Positions 9,890 through 18,331 of a stretch of DNA of 64,000 nt are shown here, one piece after another; within the stretch, counting starts at the first letter, position 1; every line of letters begins with the position of its first letter. A program made the translations under genes and the position numbers. The DNA lies in the IMG/VR virus record IMGVR_UViG_3300020305_000266; one strand, 5' to 3'. The notes beneath the pieces were generated by a model, which searched no databases, was not told the DNA's origin, and worked only from the letters and a program-made list of their open reading frames with translations. The stretch comes from an uncultured virus (IMG/VR IMGVR_UViG_3300020305_000266). Its lineage: Duplodnaviria; Heunggongvirae; Uroviricota; Caudoviricetes.

Positions 9890-10799
9890 GACAGCAGTAA
9901 TTGGTTATGGTAGGATGAATCCTCCTACTATAGGACATGCGGTTTTAGTCAATGCTATAAATGCAAAAGCAAAACAATATGATGGTGATCCAATGTTGTT
10001 TTTAAGCATGACGCAATCTCCTTTTTTGACACCAAAAGGTAAAACAAACAAACATTTTAAAACAGCAAATATTAAAAATCCATTAGATTGGAAAACAAAA
10101 CTTGGATATGTTAATAAGTTTTTTGATATTCCTGTTAGCACAGATCCAAGCCTTAACACCATTATGAGTGTTATGAAATACTTAGAAAACAAAGGCTATG
10201 AAAAAGTAGTGCTTGTTTGTGGATCTGATAGAGTCAAAGAATTTGAAACACAAATATTACCTTACAACAACACACCAGATAAATCAGGAAATATTGCTTA
10301 CAATATAAAAGAAGTTACTGTTGAACAAGGTGGATTTAGAGACGAAGAAGCAACCGATGCTAGTGGTATGAGTGCAAGTAAAATGCGTGAAGCGGCCGCA
10401 CAAGGCGACTTTGAAAGTTTTAAACAAGGTGTTCCAGATCAAAGTGTAGCACAAAGAATGTTTGATGATGTACGCCGTGGACTTGGCTTCGAACATCAAG
10501 ACGAAAGTTTAGACGAATACGAAGTAAAGCAACAAAAACCAAAGATTGAAGTTTTAAATAATATTGCCGCAAGGAAAGATGGAACAGCTTTTCCTTTAAG
10601 TTGGAATGCTGGCAAAGGTGAAATTAAAGTAGGCGGAAAAATGTACGTTGACCCTATAACTGCTAACAAGTTTGTGAATTTCTTTGATACAAATAAAGAC
10701 AAACAAGATGCTATGACACAGGCATTGCGAAGTGCAACTACTACAGCTAAACTATTTGATGTATTAGGGTTTGATTATACTCTACGAATGGACAAGTAA
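9855..10799 (+). CDS. cytidyltransferase-like (HIGH-fold) protein
   Basis: GRMNPPTIGH, GSDR and MSASKMR motifs; GTG start with AAGGGAG SD. Confidence 0.8.
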   Translation: MHLRQLFEAQIKTAVIGYGRMNPPTIGHAVLVNAINAKAKQYDGDPMLFLSMTQSPFLTPKGKTNKHFKTANIKNPLDWKTKLGYVNKFFDIPVSTDPSLNTIMSVMKYLENKGYEKVVLVCGSDRVKEFETQILPYNNTPDKSGNIAYNIKEVTVEQGGFRDEEATDASGMSASKMREAAAQGDFESFKQGVPDQSVAQRMFDDVRRGLGFEHQDESLDEYEVKQQKPKIEVLNNIAARKDGTAFPLSWNAGKGEIKVGGKMYVDPITANKFVNFFDTNKDKQDAMTQALRSATTTAKLFDVLGFDYTLRMDK

Positions 10800-11011
10800 T
10801 GGATATTAAAACTCTTCAGAAACTTGCGGGTATAAATGAATTCAAAGGATATGAACCAGTCAGTTTAGAAAACCTTAGTCATACAGCAAACGCCCTAAAA
10901 CAAAAAGAAAAGAAACTTGGTGTAAAGCCTGGTGATCCAGATTGGTTTAAACTATGGTTTACATTACCATATATGACAGGGCCTGCTCAGTTTAGAGGTA
11001 GAAAAAAGTGA
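10799..11011 (+). CDS. small hypothetical protein
   Basis: LQKLAGINE motif; PGDPDWFKLWF; coupled to both neighbours. Confidence 0.65.
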   Translation: MDIKTLQKLAGINEFKGYEPVSLENLSHTANALKQKEKKLGVKPGDPDWFKLWFTLPYMTGPAQFRGRKK

Positions 11012-14000
11012 AATTTGGTCATATAAAAAGTATTGAAAATAAAGTTCCTAAGCAGGGTAGTTTTAAACACTATCTTAGAAACGAAGAAGCCGCAGGCGTT
11101 GGTATTGTAACAAAACAAAACGCAACAGCTGACGTTCCTGTTGGTGGCGAATACATGAATGTAAAGAAACTTGGCTTAGGTAAAGGCAAGCCAAAAAAGC
11201 ATCCAAAAAAAGTCCGTGGTTCTAAAACCAATGTGCTATTCAACTTGGGTATGGCCGAATCAATTGATGAAGTTACAGCCAAAGAACTAGGTAGTGAATC
11301 AGAAATATACGTTGATATGGACGGTGTTTTAGCAGACTTCTTTGGTGCTTGGAAAACATTGGTTGGTACAGACTGGCGAGAAATAAAAGACTTAGATAGT
11401 GCTTTACAAAAAATTAGGGACAAGGATGATTTTTGGTTAAACATTCCTATAACAAAAAACGCTATGAACTTACTTGGTTTAATTAAAGAATTAAAAGGCA
11501 AGTATAATATTTTAAGTGCTCCTTTACCAAACGATCCTAATTCAGAACCACACAAACGAGAATGGATTAAAAAGAATCTATCTGCTTTTCCTCCTAGCAA
11601 AGTTATTATTACATCTAACAAAGCAGTACATGCCACACAACCAGACGGTACACCAAACATACTGATTGATGATTTTGGAAAAAATGTAGAAAAATGGGAA
11701 GCGGCAGGCGGTGTTGGATTTAAACACAAGGATCACAAGTTTGAAAGGACTGTAAAAAATTTAAAAGCACATATGAATAACCCTGTAGAAGAAGCAGAGA
11801 TGAGTAAAAGCTCTATTAAAAGTATACACAAGACAGCTGACAAAATTAAAGATAAGCCCAAGGCTAAAAAGTCTATAGGAAACTGGGCAAAAGAAAGAGG
11901 AATGGATCCTGAAGGAGCAATTTACGCTATTGCTACAAATATGAAAAAGCGTAAACAAGGTAAGAAGATTACTGGCTTAGGTAAAGAATCATATAGTAGA
12001 GACGAGCTTCCGCAAATCGGAAAAAAACATTTAAAGAATATACCACACAACATGGAAACTATTGACGTAGAAAATTTAGTTCCAATACAAAAAGAAAGAT
12101 TAAAAGAAAATCATACAGATCAGTTACTAAAAATATTGGAAGGAAGATTTAATCCTATAGTAGTAGACTGCTACAATAGAATAGTAAACGGTCATCACAG
12201 ATATGACATAGTAAAAATGTTAAAAATGGAAAGCATTACAGTTGCTAAACTTCCATTCACATTAGAATTTTTACTAGAAATAACTAGAAGAGACTTCTTA
12301 ACAAAAGCAGGAAAAGTTGGAGCAGGACTAGGAGCGGCCGCATTGTATTCTGCTTTACCTACGCCAGTAAAAGCAATGACTAAAGATTCAAAACCTAAAA
12401 TTATTATGCACACGAGCATTGGTCGCGAGTTTGATTTATCTGACCGTGCAGATCCTGCAAAAGCAATTCTAGATCTGTATGCAAAAATAGAAAAAATATA
12501 TGCTGATAGAGGAGAAACAATCCCTCAAGTTTGGGTTACACTAGACGGCAAACAAGTTTGGGCACCTGCTGGTAGTATTCCTAATGCTAATAAAACTCTT
12601 TGGACTAAGGACAAAGCTAAAAAGTCGAATGATAGAGAAGACAAAATTAACAAAGCGGCCCGAGACGCATGGGATAATGGAGAGAGATTAAGTACGGAAT
12701 ACAAAATGCATTTGATTAGATTTCGACATAGGTATAAGAAAAGCACACAAGAAAGCGTTGAAGAAGGCAATCTCATAGCAAATCCACAACGATCCGTTTT
12801 GGTTAGAAAAAAAGACGGATATGATCATTATAAAATATCAACCAACATGGCAAATATTAAAAACGTATCGCCAGAGGTTGCTAGAAGAAATAAGCCTGAT
12901 ATAATGATACAATTTTATGGTGGAGAAAAAGAAAAAAAATACATGATGAAGAATCTTAAAAGATTAGGTTATGATGTACAAGACGCTGACGGTTATCGAG
13001 ATACACATTTTGACGAGAACATAGAAGGATCTTACATGCTTAGAGTACGTGAGAACTTTGCTGATGGTAAGAAAAAAGGTAAAAGCAGACCCGGTCGTGT
13101 AAAAAAATCTGGTGCTAGTTGTAAAGGATCAGTCACTAGTTTGAGAGCAAAAGCTAAAAAAGCATCAGGAGAACGTGCTAAGATGTATCACTGGTGTGCT
13201 AACATGAAGGGTGGTAAAAAGAAAACAGAATCTTTATATACTGAACAAGAATTTTTACAAATCTTAAATGAAAGTACTCCTCAACAATTACAAGAAGGTA
13301 TAAAAGATACATTACAGAAACTTCCAAAAAATTTATTATCAAAAGTAACACCCATAATTAAAAAGATTCCAAAGACTGCAAAAAATTTAACATTAATGGC
13401 AGTACTGCTGGGCACTATGGTAAACGCTGTAGCGGCCGGAGACATGGCAAAGGTAAACACTCCGCTTGATAAACTTAATAACATGACTACAATGAGTACT
13501 ACAATGGACACAGGTACTGACGTTGGGCCTGGACATACAATGCCCGACAATATCAAGGTATTGAAAATGCCAGCACCTCCACCAGCACCAGGCGCAGATA
13601 CTCCAGATGGCACAGCAGACAATGGTACAAACACACAAACAGATAAAAACGGTAACCGTACTGTATCAAGTGGAGCAGGTACATATACATTTTCACCAGA
13701 TGGCAAATTATTAAAGTATGAAACTCCTAAAATAAAAGGTTATCAACAAATACATGATCTAGTTAAAAAAACAGTTACAGTTGATGCTAATACATCTGTA
13801 ACAATGGACAAAGATTATGGTAACTTATCCAAAGCAGATAGAGAAATACTAAAAAAGAATGATCCTAATTTTGATAAAAGTACATCCGTAATAGATACAA
13901 AAGCAACTTATGACATGAGCGGTAAACTTATAAGCAAAGATCATACTGGTATGAAGTCTGGAGGAATGTCTATAGGTATTGATGGAGATGGTAGTAAAAA

Positions 14001-14148
14001 TATTAAATATAATGCTGGAGGAGGCAAAGTATATAAGGCAAGTACTGCTGATATGCCAGCCGCAAAGGATACTTTGAAGAAAATGCAGAAAGATTTTAAC
14101 ATAGCAAATAGCCAAACAGGCGCATCGGTTGCTAATAAGAAAGGGTAA
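11008..14148 (+). CDS. multi-module protein: HAD 5'(3')-nucleotidase-like domain, ParB/Srx-like domain, internal Tat-signal segment, basic Cys module, Thr/Gly-rich C-terminal domain
   Basis: YVDMDGVLADF...LIDD; IVNGHHRY; ITRRDFL; ENFADGKKKG...HWCAN. Confidence 0.7.
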   Translation: MKFGHIKSIENKVPKQGSFKHYLRNEEAAGVGIVTKQNATADVPVGGEYMNVKKLGLGKGKPKKHPKKVRGSKTNVLFNLGMAESIDEVTAKELGSESEIYVDMDGVLADFFGAWKTLVGTDWREIKDLDSALQKIRDKDDFWLNIPITKNAMNLLGLIKELKGKYNILSAPLPNDPNSEPHKREWIKKNLSAFPPSKVIITSNKAVHATQPDGTPNILIDDFGKNVEKWEAAGGVGFKHKDHKFERTVKNLKAHMNNPVEEAEMSKSSIKSIHKTADKIKDKPKAKKSIGNWAKERGMDPEGAIYAIATNMKKRKQGKKITGLGKESYSRDELPQIGKKHLKNIPHNMETIDVENLVPIQKERLKENHTDQLLKILEGRFNPIVVDCYNRIVNGHHRYDIVKMLKMESITVAKLPFTLEFLLEITRRDFLTKAGKVGAGLGAAALYSALPTPVKAMTKDSKPKIIMHTSIGREFDLSDRADPAKAILDLYAKIEKIYADRGETIPQVWVTLDGKQVWAPAGSIPNANKTLWTKDKAKKSNDREDKINKAARDAWDNGERLSTEYKMHLIRFRHRYKKSTQESVEEGNLIANPQRSVLVRKKDGYDHYKISTNMANIKNVSPEVARRNKPDIMIQFYGGEKEKKYMMKNLKRLGYDVQDADGYRDTHFDENIEGSYMLRVRENFADGKKKGKSRPGRVKKSGASCKGSVTSLRAKAKKASGERAKMYHWCANMKGGKKKTESLYTEQEFLQILNESTPQQLQEGIKDTLQKLPKNLLSKVTPIIKKIPKTAKNLTLMAVLLGTMVNAVAAGDMAKVNTPLDKLNNMTTMSTTMDTGTDVGPGHTMPDNIKVLKMPAPPPAPGADTPDGTADNGTNTQTDKNGNRTVSSGAGTYTFSPDGKLLKYETPKIKGYQQIHDLVKKTVTVDANTSVTMDKDYGNLSKADREILKKNDPNFDKSTSVIDTKATYDMSGKLISKDHTGMKSGGMSIGIDGDGSKNIKYNAGGGKVYKASTADMPAAKDTLKKMQKDFNIANSQTGASVANKKG

Positions 14149-14156
14149 ATAGTATT

Positions 14157-14375
14157 ATGCGTATAAGAGAACTAATAACTGAATATACTACTGCTACAAC
14201 AACACAGGCAGGTAATATTGCATGTTTACCTAATCCAGTAATGGCGCACGGCCATAGACCTAAGGGAAAAAACGGATTACCGCAGGCTCCTCAAAAGAAA
14301 AATAAAGATGGCACAGCTAAAAACGCACTTGACATCAGTAACAATTTGATGGGTGGCAAAGCCATAAAGAGATAA
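14157..14375 (+). CDS. small probable internal virion protein
   Basis: MRIRELITE N-terminus; TAAATA 5 nt upstream. Confidence 0.6.
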   Translation: MRIRELITEYTTATTTQAGNIACLPNPVMAHGHRPKGKNGLPQAPQKKNKDGTAKNALDISNNLMGGKAIKR

Positions 14376-14395
14376 ATACTTAAAAGGACACGACA

Positions 14396-15415
14396 ATGAG
14401 AGAAAAGGACTTAAAAGAAGATTTAGCAACATTAGCTTACAAAGCCGAAGCTGATCATGAAGTTCAGATGGCTAGAGCTGATCTATACAAACTTGCCAAA
14501 TATTCTATTAAATTACACGAAATGATGAAGGGTGTAACTGAGCAAGAAGGCTTAGAAGGTTGGGTCCAATCTAAAATTACTAAAGCGGCAGACTACATAG
14601 GGTCTGTATATCATTATCTAGATTATGAAACAAAATTTGATGAAATGACCGAAGCTAAAAAGAAAATGGTCAAAGATCCTAAAACGGGTAAAATGGTTCC
14701 TAACTATGCTATAGACGGCAAAGGTAAAGACGACCTAACGAAGAAAAAAGTAAGTGAAAACAAAATTATGGATCCAGAAACTAAAAAAATGGTTCCAGAA
14801 AAAGATTACGTCATGAAATATGTAATGGCAAAACATCCGCAAGAAACAAAAAAATTATTACAAAGTCAGGATCTAATGGACATATATGATACTGATTTAT
14901 ATATGGCTTTATTTGATTACTTTTCAGAAGATATGCCATATGGTACACAAAAAGGCAGAGATGGTGATCCTGTACAATATATGCAAGACGAATTAGATAT
15001 GATGGGTATGTTTGATGGACGTGAAGGACCATTTGACATTTACAACAAGACGCCTACTATGAAAGTATCACAGCCTGATAAGGATTTAAACACACCTGCT
15101 TTTCAAAGAATGAAAGCGGGAGATCCTCGTTACACAGACGATACAAACAAAGAACAATATATTGAATCACTAAAAACAAAACTTGAAGATAATTTAAAGT
15201 CAAAAAAAAAATCTGAAGGTTCATTAGTACTAGAAGACTTTGTAGGAAAGTCTATTACTGAGGAACAATTTGACGAAGCGGCAGGGAAAAAAGATGCTTG
15301 TTATCACAAAGTTAAATCCAGATACAAAGTTTGGCCAAGTGCTTATGCGTCTGGTGCTCTAGTTCAGTGCCGTAAGAAAGGCGCAAAAAACTGGGGTAGT
15401 AAAAGTGCATCTTAG
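14396..15415 (+). CDS. modular probable internal head protein
   Basis: DHEVQMA...WVQSKITKA module, repeated DP(K/E)T(G/K)KMVP, terminal KDACYHKVK...WPSAYASG module; TAAATA and SD upstream. Confidence 0.65.
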   Translation: MREKDLKEDLATLAYKAEADHEVQMARADLYKLAKYSIKLHEMMKGVTEQEGLEGWVQSKITKAADYIGSVYHYLDYETKFDEMTEAKKKMVKDPKTGKMVPNYAIDGKGKDDLTKKKVSENKIMDPETKKMVPEKDYVMKYVMAKHPQETKKLLQSQDLMDIYDTDLYMALFDYFSEDMPYGTQKGRDGDPVQYMQDELDMMGMFDGREGPFDIYNKTPTMKVSQPDKDLNTPAFQRMKAGDPRYTDDTNKEQYIESLKTKLEDNLKSKKKSEGSLVLEDFVGKSITEEQFDEAAGKKDACYHKVKSRYKVWPSAYASGALVQCRKKGAKNWGSKSAS

Positions 15416-16337
15416 AGAACTCATAAAAATAGTAGAACAGGCGGATACTCCTAGTTACGACAACTGGGATCATGACGAAGCTATATCATATTCACAGTAT
15501 TTAGAAAAACATTTTGGTTCACCAGATGAATTTACTAATGAACAAGCTGTTTGGCATAACATAGACGGGTTCAAGAGAGTAGTTTGCCGAGATGAATATA
15601 TTTTACATAGTTCACCTGCTCCACATTATGACTTTGTATATTCTTACATTGACTTAGAAGTTGACGAAGATCTTTCAGACGAGTTAGCAAAATGTTCAGG
15701 TAGCATATTAATCGATCATTTGAAAAATGAAGTTGGTGCTAGATGCGGATCTCTTACAGCAAACGCTGTCACACTTAATTTTTGTTTAGATGTAGTATCA
15801 GGTAGAGTAGATCCTGTAAAAGATCAATACGAAGCACGTATTCTTGCTATGAAAGACATGTTTAAAAAGGGTGAAACATACAATTTAGATTGGTGGCCAG
15901 ACACAGCAGGCGATGCTGATCCAGAAAATGAATACTATAAGGAACATTACGATCTAACAACAGAAGGCACACGTTGTTGGAAAGGTTATAAGAAACATGG
16001 CATGAAGACAATGTTTGGTAAACGTGTACCTGACTGTAGAAAAAATGAACATGTTGATTATTGTGTGAACTGTGGAGATCTTGTTTTTTCAGAAGACATG
16101 GACTTACATGAAGATCTAAAAAAATGGTTCAAACAAAAATGGGTTCGCTTTGGTCCAGACGGAAAAGTTCGTGGATCTTGCGGAGGAAAAAGTGAAGGTG
16201 AAGGAAAGCCAAAGTGTTTACCAGCCAGCAAGGCTTATGCTATGGGAAAGAAGAAAAGAAAAACTTCAGCATCTCGTAAGCGAAGAAAAGATCCCAATGC
16301 AGATAGACGTGGTAAGGCAAAAAACGTAAAAACTTAG
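15405..16337 (+). CDS. modular probable internal head protein
   Basis: MHLRELIKIVE N-terminus; RCWKGY...VPDC and EDLKKWFKQKW...PKCLP basic modules. Confidence 0.65.
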   Translation: MHLRELIKIVEQADTPSYDNWDHDEAISYSQYLEKHFGSPDEFTNEQAVWHNIDGFKRVVCRDEYILHSSPAPHYDFVYSYIDLEVDEDLSDELAKCSGSILIDHLKNEVGARCGSLTANAVTLNFCLDVVSGRVDPVKDQYEARILAMKDMFKKGETYNLDWWPDTAGDADPENEYYKEHYDLTTEGTRCWKGYKKHGMKTMFGKRVPDCRKNEHVDYCVNCGDLVFSEDMDLHEDLKKWFKQKWVRFGPDGKVRGSCGGKSEGEGKPKCLPASKAYAMGKKKRKTSASRKRRKDPNADRRGKAKNVKT

Positions 16338-16346
16338 GAGAATACC

Positions 16347-16457
16347 ATGGAAAACTGTAAATGCGAAAAATGTAATCATACATGTCATTGTGATACAGAG
16401 TGCAAAGAGTGTGTTAATGATATATGTACTGGTTGTGTATGCCATCACTGTAAATAG
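16347..16457 (+). CDS. 36-aa Cys/His-rich metallothionein-like peptide (absent from ORF track)
   Basis: AGGAG SD at 16336-16340; translates MENCKCEKCNHTCHCDTECKECVNDICTGCVCHHCK (11 Cys, 4 His). Confidence 0.75.
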   Translation: MENCKCEKCNHTCHCDTECKECVNDICTGCVCHHCK

Positions 16458-16490
16458 CTCATAAAATAATATCAGATAAATACATTTGAT

Positions 16491-17132
16491 ATGTCATTCT
16501 TAGTTCACAACACCCCTATTATACCAGTATTTGTAAAAAAAGAGTATCTATATGATCTAGAAAAAGGACATGGAGAACTAACTCCTGGGCTTTGGATCAC
16601 TGTAAAAAGCACTATGGGTAAGGCTTTGTATTTTGAAACATTACTCACAGACTACGGTGCTTTATTTGATAAACTTCCTATATCAGCTTTTGTATGGAAA
16701 GAAGATTACGACAAAGATAATCAGCTTCCTTTAGATGTATTACAAATATGGGATTGTTTTGACTATGATATTACTGTAACAAAGAAATCTATGCTGAGTA
16801 ATTGTGAATTCTTTGGCAAAGATAAAAAAATGCATAAAGGCGAATATATTTTTACAGTTGATAACGCACACAGAGACAAGAGCTTAATAGACACAAACTT
16901 TTCTGAACACGATCCTGAACATAAGTCTTTTAATATAATTAAATTAGACAACGGACAGTTTGCCGCACAACCTAATAACAGAGTTATTTTCACAGATCAA
17001 AGTTTAGTACCTTCAAACAGAAAGCAACCTGACTTTAAGGTTTGTACCCAAAACTATACTGTAGAAAACACACCTAAATGGTCAGTAGGACATACCGACG
17101 AATGGCAATACAAGACGGAAGACGAAACCTAG
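16491..17132 (+). CDS. hypothetical phage protein
   Basis: 213-aa ORF; TAAATA at 16477-16482. Confidence 0.7.
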   Translation: MSFLVHNTPIIPVFVKKEYLYDLEKGHGELTPGLWITVKSTMGKALYFETLLTDYGALFDKLPISAFVWKEDYDKDNQLPLDVLQIWDCFDYDITVTKKSMLSNCEFFGKDKKMHKGEYIFTVDNAHRDKSLIDTNFSEHDPEHKSFNIIKLDNGQFAAQPNNRVIFTDQSLVPSNRKQPDFKVCTQNYTVENTPKWSVGHTDEWQYKTEDET

Positions 17133-17740
17133 ACAAGCAATATCCTGATCATCCTGAGGATATTTTATGGCGAACAATTGATCCAGACGAATTGTGGGTA
17201 TTAGATAAGCTAATACTTTCAAGAAAGATGGGTTATATTTGTGGACCTACGGGAATGGATGTTCCAAAGCCTGATTGGTATATAGTTCGTCCATGTGTAA
17301 ACGCAATGGGCTTGGGCTTAGGTGCTCAAAAAGTTTGGCTGGAAGAAGAAACCATGCATCTTCCGTTAGGATATTTTTGGTGTGAATGGTTTGACGGACG
17401 TCACTATTCTGTAGATTACAAATGGGGTAATCAAGTATTATGTGTTGAAGGATTTAAAGCAGAAGATACATTTACACATTGGGATAAATGGCTCAGAATT
17501 CACAAACATATTCCTGCTCCTGATGTTGTGTTAAATACTTTTATAAACAAAGAAAATTTAAACTGCGAATACATAGGTGACAAATTGATCGAAGTACATT
17601 TAAGACAAAATACTGATTTTGATAATAATATTAACGAGTTTATTCCAGTATGGGAAGGACAAGATACAAAGCCTCCGAAAGGATATAGGTATATTGATTA
17701 CCCAGATATCCACGGAAGGATTGGCGCCTTTGTAAAATGA
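17078..17740 (+). CDS. ATP-grasp-like protein (start uncertain, possibly 17102)
   Basis: IVRPCVN.MGLGLG, WCEWFDG.HYSVD and NCEYIG..LIEVHLR patterns. Confidence 0.55.
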   Translation: MVSRTYRRMAIQDGRRNLDKQYPDHPEDILWRTIDPDELWVLDKLILSRKMGYICGPTGMDVPKPDWYIVRPCVNAMGLGLGAQKVWLEEETMHLPLGYFWCEWFDGRHYSVDYKWGNQVLCVEGFKAEDTFTHWDKWLRIHKHIPAPDVVLNTFINKENLNCEYIGDKLIEVHLRQNTDFDNNINEFIPVWEGQDTKPPKGYRYIDYPDIHGRIGAFVK

Positions 17741-17937
17741 GTGGTCCCTCACATAAGGAGGCCTGCGAGATGTTTTGGATAGTAAAAGGACATTTAAATA
17801 CCTCCGATGAAACCATTTATAGTTGTTATGATTCTTACTTTAAGAGAATGTGGTGTAATTTACAAGGAGCAAGTGTCCAAGACTTAGGATATTTGGATGG
17901 TTTTGAAGAAGCATACGCAAATAAATTGGCAAAATAA
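17737..17937 (+). CDS. hypothetical protein
   Basis: ATGA-coupled 66-aa ORF. Confidence 0.55.
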   Translation: MSGPSHKEACEMFWIVKGHLNTSDETIYSCYDSYFKRMWCNLQGASVQDLGYLDGFEEAYANKLAK

Positions 17938-17940
17938 CAC

Positions 17941-17969
17941 TTGACAAATAAACAAAAATACATTATAAT
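17941..17969 (+). promoter_or_regulatory. sigma70-type promoter
   Basis: TTGACA-17 nt-TATAAT. Confidence 0.8.
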
Positions 17970-17991
17970 TAGGCAACACTAGGAGAATATT

Positions 17992-18252
17992 ATGAGTGAT
18001 AGAGTTTATGGACAAGATGAAAAGGCAAAACTAGAAAGACTAGTAAATGAAGGCGCACAGGTTCTACAAGAAGTAGCTGACCTACAAGAAGGTTTGAAGG
18101 AAACTGTAAAAGCAGTTGCTGAAGAACTTAATGTTAAGACAGCAACAATCAATAAGGCAATTAAGGTAGCACACAAAGGTGATTGGCATAAAGTTGCTGA
18201 TGAATTTGAAGACCTTGAAACTCTTGTTGCTACTGTTGGAAAAGACAAGTAA
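17992..18252 (+). CDS. T4 DsbA/GapR-like dsDNA-binding protein
   Basis: 86-aa helical protein with LKETVKAVAEEL.V....INKAIK pattern; AGGAG SD. Confidence 0.6.
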   Translation: MSDRVYGQDEKAKLERLVNEGAQVLQEVADLQEGLKETVKAVAEELNVKTATINKAIKVAHKGDWHKVADEFEDLETLVATVGKDK

Positions 18253-18331
18253 GTAAATATAATTATACGCCCTATACCAATTGGTGGGCATGTAGCAAGG
18301 TTTGGTTGGCCACAAGCAACTAGGAGAACAA

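Noticed and set aside
11070..11729. 219-aa minus-strand ORF and the many other antisense ORFs in the track
   Set aside because: They are shadows of well-supported opposite-strand genes, with no SD or recognisable motifs.
16347..16457. Cys-rich peptide as a radical SAM (ranthipeptide) precursor
   Set aside because: It has no leader region and lies far from the island radical SAM genes; its composition fits metal binding better.
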